Positions 18,493 to 26,601 of a stretch of 64,000 nt of DNA are shown piece by piece. The notes below the pieces were generated by a model. The model had not been told where the DNA came from. It ran no database searches and saw only the letters and a list, made by a program, of their open reading frames with translations. This DNA is from Thiobacillus sp. (GTDB lineage Bacteria > Pseudomonadota > Gammaproteobacteria > Burkholderiales > Thiobacillaceae), in the NCBI GenBank assembly GCA_031426895.1, contig JASJPE010000014.1, positions 16,849 through 80,848 of the forward strand, given 5' to 3'. The position numbers were made by a program, and so were the translations under genes. Numbering within the stretch: the first letter of the stretch is position 1; each line of letters opens with the position of its first letter.

Positions 18493-19184
18493 GCTTGCCG
18501 GATTGGCGGGTGTTTTCCGATCCGGAGGCATTGGTCGCACGGCTGGCGGACTCCCTGTGCGAAGTGGCTGAAGAAGCCATCGCAGAACGCGGAGCATTTC
18601 ATCTGGTGCTGGCCGGCGGCAGCACACCCAAGGCGCTTTATCGTGCGCTGGCCGCGCGTGGCGCGGGCGATGCCCATTGGCATCTTTGGTATGGCGATGA
18701 ACGGTGTTTGCCGCCAGATCATCCCGAACGCAACAACTACATGCTTGAAACGGCCTGGCTGGGCGCGTCGCCTATCCCGCCCGAGAATCGTCGTTCGATT
18801 CAGGCCGAATTGGGGGCCACGCAAGCGGCTGCGCTTTACGCAGGCGCGCTGAGAAATGTGGCTGACTTTGATGTGGTGCTGCTGGGCATGGGCGAGGATG
18901 GCCACACCGCCAGCCTGTTTCCCGGCCATGACTGGGGCGTGGCATCAGGCAGCCCGGATGTTCTGGCCGTGCGCAATGCGCCCAAGCCACCGCCCGAGCG
19001 GGTGAGCCTGTCGGCTGCCCGGCTCTGCCGCAGCGAGCGGGTGTGGTTCGTCATTACCGGCAGCAGCAAGAAAACCGCGATTGCCTATTGGAAAGAGGGT
19101 GGGGTGCTGCCGGCTTCGAGCGTACATGGCTTGCGCGAAACCGTGGTCTGGCTGGATGCGGAGGCCTTGCCGGTAGTCGGTTAG
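18489..19184 (+). CDS. pgl: 6-phosphogluconolactonase
   Basis: 231 aa. The start overlaps the zwf stop (ATGA). LAGGSTP, W.L.WGDER and DVVLLGMGEDGHTASLFPG motifs. Confidence 0.9.
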   Translation: MSLPDWRVFSDPEALVARLADSLCEVAEEAIAERGAFHLVLAGGSTPKALYRALAARGAGDAHWHLWYGDERCLPPDHPERNNYMLETAWLGASPIPPENRRSIQAELGATQAAALYAGALRNVADFDVVLLGMGEDGHTASLFPGHDWGVASGSPDVLAVRNAPKPPPERVSLSAARLCRSERVWFVITGSSKKTAIAYWKEGGVLPASSVHGLRETVVWLDAEALPVVG

Positions 19185-19345
19185 CGGAGGCGGTAAGCGA
19201 GATTAATCACAGGCCGTTCGCCTGTCGAAGGGCGGCCACTATTGATCCGGCCAGATTTATTCGCGAGTTCGTTCGTGCTGAGCCTGTCGAAGCACAGCCC
19301 TTCGACAGGCTCAGGGCGAACGGTAATCATGTTTAATTCGTGCCA
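19182..19345. repeat. repeat element with a 22-bp-stem hairpin between convergent pgl and ylqF
   Basis: Starts at the pgl stop with TAGCGGAGGC, a degenerate TAAGGAGGC end. Contains GTTCGCCTGTCGAAGGG, then GTTCGTGCTGAGCCTGTCGAAG-cacagcc-CTTCGACAGGCTCAGGGCGAAC (19271-19321). The core is related to 25926-25947. The right boundary is approximate. Confidence 0.65.
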
Positions 19346-19355
19346 GATCAATGGA

Positions 19356-20285
19356 CTAGGCTGGGGCATCGGCCTCAGGCGCATCAGGCTCGGCCTTTGC
19401 AGGCTTCTCAGGTTTGTTCCGGGCAGCCGCCAGCATCGCCTGCCGCGTAGCCGGCGTTTCCAGACTGATCCGCCCCAGCGCGCCGGTGCGGTAATCGGTC
19501 AGAAAAATCATTGCGGCCTTTTCCAGATCGAGTTCGCCACCGCGTCCCTTCAAAACGCAGCCGCGTTTTTTCGCCACGGCTTCCAGCACCCCGGTCGCAT
19601 CCAGCCCTTCCAGCGCAAATTTGTAACGTGCCTTGAGCAGCCCCGGATAGCGCTCCAGCAGAATCCCCGCCAGAAACACCGCCACTTCCTCATCAATCAC
19701 CGCGTTGCGGCCAATCGCGTGGCTGGCGGCGAGCATGAAGCCGTCGGAGTCGTGTTCGATCTTCGGCCAGGTCATCCCCGGTGTGTCCACCAGCGTCAGG
19801 CGCGGCGTGAGGTTGATGCGCTGCTGCGATTTGGTCACTGCGGGCTCGTCGCCCACTGCCGCCACCCGGCGCTTGACCATCGCATTCAGCAGCGTGGACT
19901 TACCCACGTTGGGAATGCCCATGATCATCAACCGCAGTGGCTTGAAGGTATCGTCGCGATGCGGCGCCAGCTTTTGCGCCAGCGCAGGCAGTTTCACCAC
20001 ATCGCTGGGTTTCTTGGCGGAAATCGCCACCGCCATCACGCCCGGCTGCTTGTTGAAATAATCCAGCCAGGCACGCGTTGCTTCCGGGTCGGCCAGATCA
20101 GCCTTGTTCAACAGCTTGAGGCAGGAGCGTTGACGATGCAGGCGCAGCTCGTGGATCATCGGATTGCTGCCTGCCTCCGGCAGGCGCGCGTCGAGCACCT
20201 CGACCACCACGTCGATCAGCGCCATCGTCTCCGCGGCTTTCTTGCGCGCGGTGGTCATGTGACCGGGGAACCACTGGATAGGCAT
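19356..20285 (-). CDS. rbgA: ribosome biogenesis GTPase YlqF/RbgA
   Basis: 309 aa. MPIQWFPGHM start and circularly permuted GTPase motifs (NKADL before GIPNVGKST). Has a Pro/Ala/Glu-rich C-terminal tail. Confidence 0.88.
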   Translation of the reverse strand: MPIQWFPGHMTTARKKAAETMALIDVVVEVLDARLPEAGSNPMIHELRLHRQRSCLKLLNKADLADPEATRAWLDYFNKQPGVMAVAISAKKPSDVVKLPALAQKLAPHRDDTFKPLRLMIMGIPNVGKSTLLNAMVKRRVAAVGDEPAVTKSQQRINLTPRLTLVDTPGMTWPKIEHDSDGFMLAASHAIGRNAVIDEEVAVFLAGILLERYPGLLKARYKFALEGLDATGVLEAVAKKRGCVLKGRGGELDLEKAAMIFLTDYRTGALGRISLETPATRQAMLAAARNKPEKPAKAEPDAPEADAPA

Positions 20286-20332
20286 GATGGGTTTTATAGG
20301 TAAGGGGAGGGGATTATCACATCAGTCGGGGA

Positions 20333-21733
20333 TTAACCTGCCCCGCCGCCACTGCCCATCCCATGCGCCGCCTGCAACACCAGCGCATCGAAATCCTCCG
20401 CCTTCATCAACCCACGCTCGGCGACGATATCGCGCACCGGGCGGCCGGATTTCTCCGATTCCTTGGCGACCTCGGCGGCCTGGTTGTAGCCGATCCGGGT
20501 GTTGAGCAGGGTGGCGAGGGCGACGCTTTGGTGGATGAAGAAGGCACACCTTTCCCGATTGACGACGATACCCTTGAGGTTCTTTTCGGTAGCGGCGTTC
20601 ATCGCGTTGGTCAGCCAGTCCATGGCGTCGAACAGGGCGGAACCGAGCGCGGGCATCATCACGTTCAGCTCCATCTGCCCGGCTTGCACCATGTAGGACA
20701 CGGCGGCGTCCTGTCCCAGCACCTGGAAGCAGACCTGATTGAGCATTTCGAACATCACCGGGTTGACCTTGCCGGGCATGATGGAAGAGCCCGGCTGCAC
20801 CGGCGGTAGCTGGATTTCGCCGAGACCGGTGCGCGGGCCTGAGGCCAGCAGACGCAGGTCGTTGGAAATGCGGGTGAGCTCCAGCGCTAGGTTGCGGATC
20901 TCGCCGGACAGCCGTGCCAGGTCGTTCATCGACTGCATCTGCGCGACCAGTTGGCCGACGCGGATCGGCTCGCCGGTGAGTTGCGCCAGTTCGGTGGCGG
21001 CACGCGCCGGATAGTCGGGTGAGGTGTTGAGCCCGGTACCGGCAGCCGAGCCGCCGAGGCCAATCTCACACAGCGCGGGGCGCACCGCGTCAAGCGCTGT
21101 GGCGCAGCGATTGAGTGTCCACGCATAGCCGGCGAATTCCTGCCCCAGCGTGGTCGGCACCGCATCCTGCAAGTGGGTGCGGCCGGACTTCACCGTATCC
21201 TTCTCGCGTTCGGCCAGGCGCGAAAACTCCGCCGCCATGGCATGCACCGCCGCGGTCAGGCGCGGCAGTTTGGCCAGCACGGTGAGGCGGATGGCGGTGG
21301 GGATGGTGTCGTTGGTCGACTGACCCATGTTGACGTCGTCGTTGGGGTTGACTGGCTTGTACGCGCCTTTTTCACCGCCCAGCGCCACGTTGGCGAGGTT
21401 GGCGATGACTTCGTTGCTGTTCATGTTGTGGCTGGTGCCGGCACCCGCCTGAAAGCGGTCGACGACGAATTGGTCGATATACTCGCCGGCAAGGATTTTG
21501 TCGCAGGCGGCCACAATGGCGTCGCGTTTTTGTTCCGATAACCAGTCTGGCTGGCAATTGGCGCGGGCGGCGGCAAACTTGATGCGCACATGGGCTAGTA
21601 CGAAATCCTTATCCGGACGGCGACCGGAAATGGGAAAATTGGCCACGGCACGCGCAGTTTGTGCGCCATACCAGGCACTCGCGGGAACCTGGACTTCGCC
21701 AAGCGAGTCCTTCTCAATGCGGAATTCATTCAT
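20333..21733 (-). CDS. aspartate ammonia-lyase / class II fumarate hydratase family lyase
   Basis: 466 aa. Signature GSSIMPGKVNP. The N-terminal EKDSLGEVQVPA..WYGAQT.R resembles fumarase. NPVMFEMLNQ after the signature resembles aspartase. I cannot resolve the subfamily by eye. Confidence 0.88.
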   Translation of the reverse strand: MNEFRIEKDSLGEVQVPASAWYGAQTARAVANFPISGRRPDKDFVLAHVRIKFAAARANCQPDWLSEQKRDAIVAACDKILAGEYIDQFVVDRFQAGAGTSHNMNSNEVIANLANVALGGEKGAYKPVNPNDDVNMGQSTNDTIPTAIRLTVLAKLPRLTAAVHAMAAEFSRLAEREKDTVKSGRTHLQDAVPTTLGQEFAGYAWTLNRCATALDAVRPALCEIGLGGSAAGTGLNTSPDYPARAATELAQLTGEPIRVGQLVAQMQSMNDLARLSGEIRNLALELTRISNDLRLLASGPRTGLGEIQLPPVQPGSSIMPGKVNPVMFEMLNQVCFQVLGQDAAVSYMVQAGQMELNVMMPALGSALFDAMDWLTNAMNAATEKNLKGIVVNRERCAFFIHQSVALATLLNTRIGYNQAAEVAKESEKSGRPVRDIVAERGLMKAEDFDALVLQAAHGMGSGGGAG

Positions 21734-21746
21734 GGTAAAAAAACCA

Positions 21747-22241
21747 ATGCAGACGTTACAAAGAAGCCGATTTTATCCGATGTGGCTGGCAGGGTTCCTG
21801 TTGGCGTGTGCAGCGTCGTGGGTGCAGGCCGCCGATTTCAGGATAACTGATACAGATGGCAAGACGCACACCCTGTCGGGCTACAAGGGTAAATGGGTGC
21901 TGGTGAATTACTGGGCTACCTGGTGTCCGCCCTGTCTGGAAGAAATGCCAGACCTGATTGCGATGCACGGGAACAAGAAAAACAACATCGTGGTCATCGG
22001 TATTGCGCTGGACTATCGCACCGCGAAACAGGTAACCGACTTTGCCGAAGGCTTGCTGGTGAATTATCCCATCGTGCTGGGCAGCCCGCAGGTAGTGAAT
22101 CAGATTGGCCCGGTGCAGGGCTTGCCGACCACCTATCTGTTCAACCCTGACGGTAAAATGGTTGCCCAGCAGGTGGGGGCGATTACTCGTGAAGCGGTGG
22201 AAAACTACATCGCCAGCAAGACGTCACGGCCCAGAAAATGA
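21747..22241 (+). CDS. TlpA/ResA-like periplasmic thiol:disulfide oxidoreductase
   Basis: Signal peptide then YKGKWVLVNYWATWCPPCLEEMP (CxxC) and the cis-Pro region GLPTTYLFNPDG. Start is ambiguous: ATG 21747 (MQTLQ...) or ATG 21732, which would interlock with the divergent lyase start codon. Confidence 0.8.
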   Translation: MQTLQRSRFYPMWLAGFLLACAASWVQAADFRITDTDGKTHTLSGYKGKWVLVNYWATWCPPCLEEMPDLIAMHGNKKNNIVVIGIALDYRTAKQVTDFAEGLLVNYPIVLGSPQVVNQIGPVQGLPTTYLFNPDGKMVAQQVGAITREAVENYIASKTSRPRK

Positions 22242-22285
22242 CGCGTTCCAAGAAAATAGTTGCGCCCCAACTCTCAGGAGATTTC

Positions 22286-22792
22286 ATGCGTCAATTGCTT
22301 ATCGCGTTTCTGGTTTTGATGGCGGGCTCCGCATGGGCGGAGACACGCGATCCGGCTAACCATTTCTTTCAGGCCAAGTTTGGTGATTTTCAGGCTGAAC
22401 TGGAAACCGCGAAGCAGCAGGGCAAGAAAGGCGTTTTCCTGTTTTTCGAGATGGATGATTGCCCGTTCTGCGAACGCATGAAAACCACCATCCTGAATCA
22501 GGCGGATGTGCAGGATGCGTTCCGCGCACAATTTCTGGTGTATTCGATCGACGTCAACGGTGGCACGCAGATGAGTGACTTCCAGGGCAAAGAGCAAACC
22601 GAAAAAGCCTTTGCCTTTACCCATCGCGTGCGCGCCACGCCTACGATGCTGTTTTTCGATCTCGACGGCAAACTGGTTACGCGTCATACCGGCCCGACCA
22701 AGAACAAGGCGGAGTTCCTGTTGCTCGGGAAATTCGTGGTCGAGGGCGCTTACGCGACCCAGTCTTTCACCAAATACAAGCAAGGCAAATAA
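22286..22792 (+). CDS. secreted thioredoxin-fold protein (CPFC active site)
   Basis: ATG preceded by AGGAG. Signal peptide ...LMAGSAWA. FFEMDDCPFCERM CxxC and ATPTMLFFD cis-Pro loop. Paralogous to the partial ORF at 1-320. Confidence 0.75.
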   Translation: MRQLLIAFLVLMAGSAWAETRDPANHFFQAKFGDFQAELETAKQQGKKGVFLFFEMDDCPFCERMKTTILNQADVQDAFRAQFLVYSIDVNGGTQMSDFQGKEQTEKAFAFTHRVRATPTMLFFDLDGKLVTRHTGPTKNKAEFLLLGKFVVEGAYATQSFTKYKQGK

Positions 22793-24060
22793 TGACAAGA
22801 ATGATCTGGCTGGTGCTGCTGGGGTGGATATTCTCCATTCCGGCAGCCGCCGAGCGGTTGACGCTGGAGGAAGCGCTGGCCAGCGTGGCGGCGGCACATC
22901 CCGACCAGCGGATGGCGGAAAGCGATCTGGCGCTGGCCCAGGCCGACCGTGAGCAGGCAGCAAGCCGGCAGGATTTCAGTCTGTTTCTGGATGGCGCCCT
23001 GCGCACCGGCCGTCGCCCGGATGGTGACTGGAAACCCGACAATATCGGCCGGATTGTTGCGCGCAAGCCGCTGCTCGATTTTGGCCGTAGCAGCCAGGCC
23101 ATCGAAGCGGCCGACCAGCAGGTTGCGGCGCGTCAGGCATTACTTTTCAACGTCAGCACGCTGCGTCGCATCGACATCATGGCGCGGTATTTCGATGTAT
23201 TGCTGGCAGACATGCAATACGCGGCCCACAACGAGTTCATGGCTGTCGCCTATGTGGCATGGGACAACGCGAAGATTCGTTTCGAGGTGGGACAGATCAG
23301 CCGGCCCGAACTGATGCGGCTGGAAGCGGATTATCAAGACATTCGTGAGCGCCGGAATATCAGCCTGCAGCGCTTGCGGAGCACGCGCCAGAAACTGGCT
23401 AATGCGATGGCCCGTCCCGGGCAATTGCCAACCGAACTGGCTGAACCTGACTTGCCGCACAACGACCGTCCGGTTCTTGAGTATGAATCCCTGTTGCCCT
23501 GGGTAATGGAGAAAAATCCACGTATCCAGGCGTTGCAGGCGCAAGTGGCGGCAGCCGACGCCCGGATCGCTGCCATGCGGGCGGAGCGCAATCCTTCACT
23601 GGATGCGGAAGTGGTCGGCGGGGGCTACAGCCGTGAATCGTCCACGCGCGATGAAGTGAGTGCTGCGCTGGTGTTCAATATCCCGCTGTATCAGGGGGGG
23701 CGTGTGGATGCACGGATGGCGCGTGAGCGGGCACAAAAGGAACGCACCACGGCCGAGTTGGACAAGTTGAAGCTGGATATGGCTGAAACCCTGCTCGATA
23801 CCTTGCAGGAAATCGAGTGGCTGCGTGAGTCCAGCCGGGCTGCCGCCGACAAGCAGATTGAATATCGAGACTGGGCATTGGAACGGTCGCGCGCGGAATA
23901 TGAACTGGAACTGAAAACCAATCTGGGTACCAGCATGGCTGAAACGCAGGTGGCGCAACTACGCCGCAAACAGGTTGAATACCGGCTGGCGCTGGCGCTG
24001 GCGCGGCTGGAAGCATTGTCTGGCGGCAGCTTGCCGCCTGCTGAGGGAGCACAAAAATGA
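22792..24060 (+). CDS. TolC-family outer-membrane channel protein
   Basis: 422 aa. Signal peptide, then the canonical LTLEEALASVAAAHPDQRMAESDLALAQA opening of TolC/OprM-family proteins. Two-repeat coiled-coil organisation. The start shares one nucleotide with the upstream stop (TAATG). Confidence 0.85.
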   Translation: MTRMIWLVLLGWIFSIPAAAERLTLEEALASVAAAHPDQRMAESDLALAQADREQAASRQDFSLFLDGALRTGRRPDGDWKPDNIGRIVARKPLLDFGRSSQAIEAADQQVAARQALLFNVSTLRRIDIMARYFDVLLADMQYAAHNEFMAVAYVAWDNAKIRFEVGQISRPELMRLEADYQDIRERRNISLQRLRSTRQKLANAMARPGQLPTELAEPDLPHNDRPVLEYESLLPWVMEKNPRIQALQAQVAAADARIAAMRAERNPSLDAEVVGGGYSRESSTRDEVSAALVFNIPLYQGGRVDARMARERAQKERTTAELDKLKLDMAETLLDTLQEIEWLRESSRAAADKQIEYRDWALERSRAEYELELKTNLGTSMAETQVAQLRRKQVEYRLALALARLEALSGGSLPPAEGAQK

Positions 24061-24575
24061 TGTTGAAAAACTGGATGCCGGCGCTGGCGGGCGGGATGCT
24101 GCTGACAGCCATACCGGGCTGGGCCGCCGACATTGCATTGACGACCCGTGTGTCGGGGGTGGTGGATCAGGTGCTGGTCAAGGCCGGGCAACGCGTGAGC
24201 AAGGGGGCGGTGTTGCTGCGTCTGGACAGCACCATCCTGCAGGCGCGTTTCGATGAGGCGACCGCTGAACAGGTGCGTGCACAGGCCGATGAAGCCGACG
24301 CCAAACGGGATATGGAGCGGATGCAGGAGTTGTTTGATCGCACCGTGTCGTCGACCACCGAACTCGATGCGTCAAGTTTGCGTTATGTACGTGCGCAGGC
24401 TGCGCTGTCTGCTGCTCAGGCACGCCGGGTGATTGCGCAAAAGAATCTGAGCGATGCGGAACTCAAGGCGCCGTTTGATGGTGTGGTGAGTGCGGTTCCC
24501 GGTGCGCCGGGAACCGTGGTGGCAGCGGACTGCCAGCCAAAAACGCTGGTGCTGCTGCGCTCCGGACGACCTTGA
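24057..24575 (+). CDS. minimal HlyD/MFP-like periplasmic adaptor (lipoyl halves plus coiled-coil hairpin only)
   Basis: 172 aa, ATGA overlap with the TolC-like gene. RVSGVVDQVLVKAGQRVSKGAVLLRLD (first lipoyl half), a long heptad region, then LKAPFDGVV (second lipoyl half). No beta-barrel or membrane-proximal domain follows. Confidence 0.6.
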   Translation: MMLKNWMPALAGGMLLTAIPGWAADIALTTRVSGVVDQVLVKAGQRVSKGAVLLRLDSTILQARFDEATAEQVRAQADEADAKRDMERMQELFDRTVSSTTELDASSLRYVRAQAALSAAQARRVIAQKNLSDAELKAPFDGVVSAVPGAPGTVVAADCQPKTLVLLRSGRP

Positions 24576-24586
24576 CCAGCGTTTCC

Positions 24587-25093
24587 TTAGCCGCCCAGTC
24601 GCTGCAGGGCGCCTGTTTCCATCTCTGTCGCCTGATGTGGCGAGGCCACGGCAGCGATGACCTTGCGACACATCGGCAATAAAGCCTTGAACCCGGCAAT
24701 GTCCCGTACTTCGCTCATCTGTTTGTAGGCGGGCGATTTGGTCCCCACCAGTGCGGCGATGAATTCCAGGGCATAGGCTTGCGCTTCGCTCAAGCTACCT
24801 GTGGCCTGAACGGGAGCGGCGGTGGGTGCGGCAGCGGGTGCACTGGCGGCTGCTGCAACCGGTTCGGCTGATGCCATGTTGCGTAGCGTTTGAACGAAGC
24901 CGGTTTGCAGCAGTTCATTCACCATGCTTTCGATTTCTACGCATTTCGGGTGTTTGCTGCACAGTTCGCCGAACGAAATGCCGTTGCCGATACAGAACAG
25001 AAGTTGACGGTATTTCGGCCGCAGGGTGTGGCCCAGATTGAAGATTTCTTCCTGTCCCTTGACCGTGCGGGACAATTGCATTGTCATTTCCAT
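24587..25093 (-). CDS. hypothetical two-domain protein with an Ala/Pro linker
   Basis: 168 aa from MEMTMQ, preceded by GGAGAG. No recognisable motif. The linker is AEPVAAAASAPAAAPTAAPVQA. Codon usage looks like neighbouring genes. Confidence 0.5.
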   Translation of the reverse strand: MEMTMQLSRTVKGQEEIFNLGHTLRPKYRQLLFCIGNGISFGELCSKHPKCVEIESMVNELLQTGFVQTLRNMASAEPVAAAASAPAAAPTAAPVQATGSLSEAQAYALEFIAALVGTKSPAYKQMSEVRDIAGFKALLPMCRKVIAAVASPHQATEMETGALQRLGG

Positions 25094-25356
25094 GCTCGTC
25101 TCTCCGTTATTTTGATGCAGGTGATGGCCTGTGCCAGAAACGCAGCATAGGCTGTGCCAGTCGGGTGGTTTTTCACCATGCCAGGCATGGCATGGCCTGA
25201 GGGGCATCTTGAGACACGTGGGAAGCAAAAAAATCATGCGGATATGTCGAACGCATGACTGAATGTGGAAATTTCGTCAGCCTGGAGAGGCAGGCGTAAT
25301 CTGGCAGGCAGGCAGGCGGTGGACCTGCACTCAACCCGATGCTCGGGTTTGATTGT

Positions 25357-25770
25357 CTAATCGACGATATTCTCGATCAGGTCGATCACCACGCGTGTGC
25401 GTGTGTGCAGAATGGCCACGTCTGCGCCGATGACTACGCGCACATATCCTTCGGGCAATCTGCTTAAGCGACTTTCCACGTTTGCGGGAAGATAAGCCCA
25501 GTTCACGTTAGCCGGCACACCTTGGTTGCGTTGCAGCTTGTAGGCGTGTCCTGGTGGGACCTTTCCTTTCTTGGCCAGGCCCGGCGGCAGCCCGCGATAA
25601 TCCACGCGGTAATAATCCCGAATGATCCTGAGATCGGGATCGCTGAATGCCACGCGTACATCGTAACCACGGTCATGGACCCGCACCTCGCCGGAATGGG
25701 GGTGGGTCTCGCATCCGGCCAGTCCTGCCAGGGCGGCGAAAACCAGAAAAACAGATAAATGCGTTTTCAT
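25357..25770 (-). CDS. lipoprotein, RcnB/CigR-like small periplasmic protein
   Basis: Lipobox LAGLAGC after MKTHLSVFLVFAA. GLPPGLAKKGKVPPGH and ...YVRVVIGADVAILHTRTRVVIDLI resemble that family of small periplasmic proteins, from recollection only. Confidence 0.6.
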   Translation of the reverse strand: MKTHLSVFLVFAALAGLAGCETHPHSGEVRVHDRGYDVRVAFSDPDLRIIRDYYRVDYRGLPPGLAKKGKVPPGHAYKLQRNQGVPANVNWAYLPANVESRLSRLPEGYVRVVIGADVAILHTRTRVVIDLIENIVD

Positions 25771-25850
25771 ATCACGCCTCAAAAGTTTTAGTTATCCGAC
25801 TGACACGTAACAACAGTGTCGTTTGATCTGCTGAAGCAGGCCAGGAACTA

Positions 25851-25968
25851 TTAGGGAGGCACTGAACAAGTTGGTTTGCTTTGTGGTTCGACGAGCTCAC
25901 CACGAACGAAATCAAGTACTTGCCGTTCGTCCTGAGCCCGTCGAAGGACTTGTTCAGTGCCTCCTTAG
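25851..25968. repeat. 118-bp MITE-like element of the TAAGGAG-ended family (best-preserved copy)
   Basis: Terminal inverted repeats TTAGGGAGGCACTGAACAAG (25851-25870) and CTTGTTCAGTGCCTCCTTAG (25949-25968), 18 of 20 complementary. Internal GTTCGTCCTGAGCCCGTCGAAGG core. The right end contains the TAA stop of the lytic transglycosylase gene. Confidence 0.8.
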
Positions 25969-26600
25969 CTGCGTGACGCGGAAGACGCGTCGGCTGATCG
26001 TGTGCTCGGGGTGTAGTCCCAATGGCGTTTCCAGGCGCCGACAACCAGCGTGGGATATTCCGGGCGGCCGAGGCTGCCGTTGTAGCGGCCCAGTGCGCGA
26101 TATAAATCGCCCCGTTCGATGTCGATGTAGTGGCGCAGGATCAGTGCGCCGTAACGCAGGTTGGTTCGAAGCTGGAACAGATTGTGGTCGGCGTTGCCGA
26201 TGGCCTTGGCCCAGAAGGGCATCACCTGGGTGTAGCCGCGCGCGCCCACCGGTGAAACCGCATATTTACGGAATCCGCTTTCCACCTGGATCAGGCCCAG
26301 CATGAGCTGTGGGTCGACCCCTGCGCGCGAGGCTTCCCAGTGCAGCGTCGTGAGAAATTCCACCCGTTCGCTTTCGTCGGGTATGCGCTTGACGAGCCGG
26401 CGCGACATCTCTTTCAGCCAGGCAGCCTCGTCAATGGTGCTGCGAAATGCGGTACGCGTGACCGCGGTGTCGGCCAGTGCGCGCTGCAGGGACGAACGCA
26501 CATTGGCCGACATCGCCTCTTCCCGCTGTCCGCCTGCTTGAGCGGGCAGAGCCAGAATAAGGGCGGTAAGAAGCAGGCCGGTGTACGTCGTTTTTTTCAT
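25965..26600 (-). CDS. lytic transglycosylase (SLT domain)
   Basis: 211 aa. Signal peptide. Catalytic region LMLGLIQVESGFRKYAVSPVGARGYTQVMP. Confidence 0.85.
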   Translation of the reverse strand: MKKTTYTGLLLTALILALPAQAGGQREEAMSANVRSSLQRALADTAVTRTAFRSTIDEAAWLKEMSRRLVKRIPDESERVEFLTTLHWEASRAGVDPQLMLGLIQVESGFRKYAVSPVGARGYTQVMPFWAKAIGNADHNLFQLRTNLRYGALILRHYIDIERGDLYRALGRYNGSLGRPEYPTLVVGAWKRHWDYTPSTRSADASSASRS

Positions 26601-26601
26601 G

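Noticed and set aside
19242-20303. 353-aa plus-strand ORF opposite ylqF/rbgA
   Set aside because: It is a shadow ORF. The minus strand encodes a clear circularly permuted GTPase, and the plus-strand product is Arg/His-rich nonsense that begins inside a repeat element.
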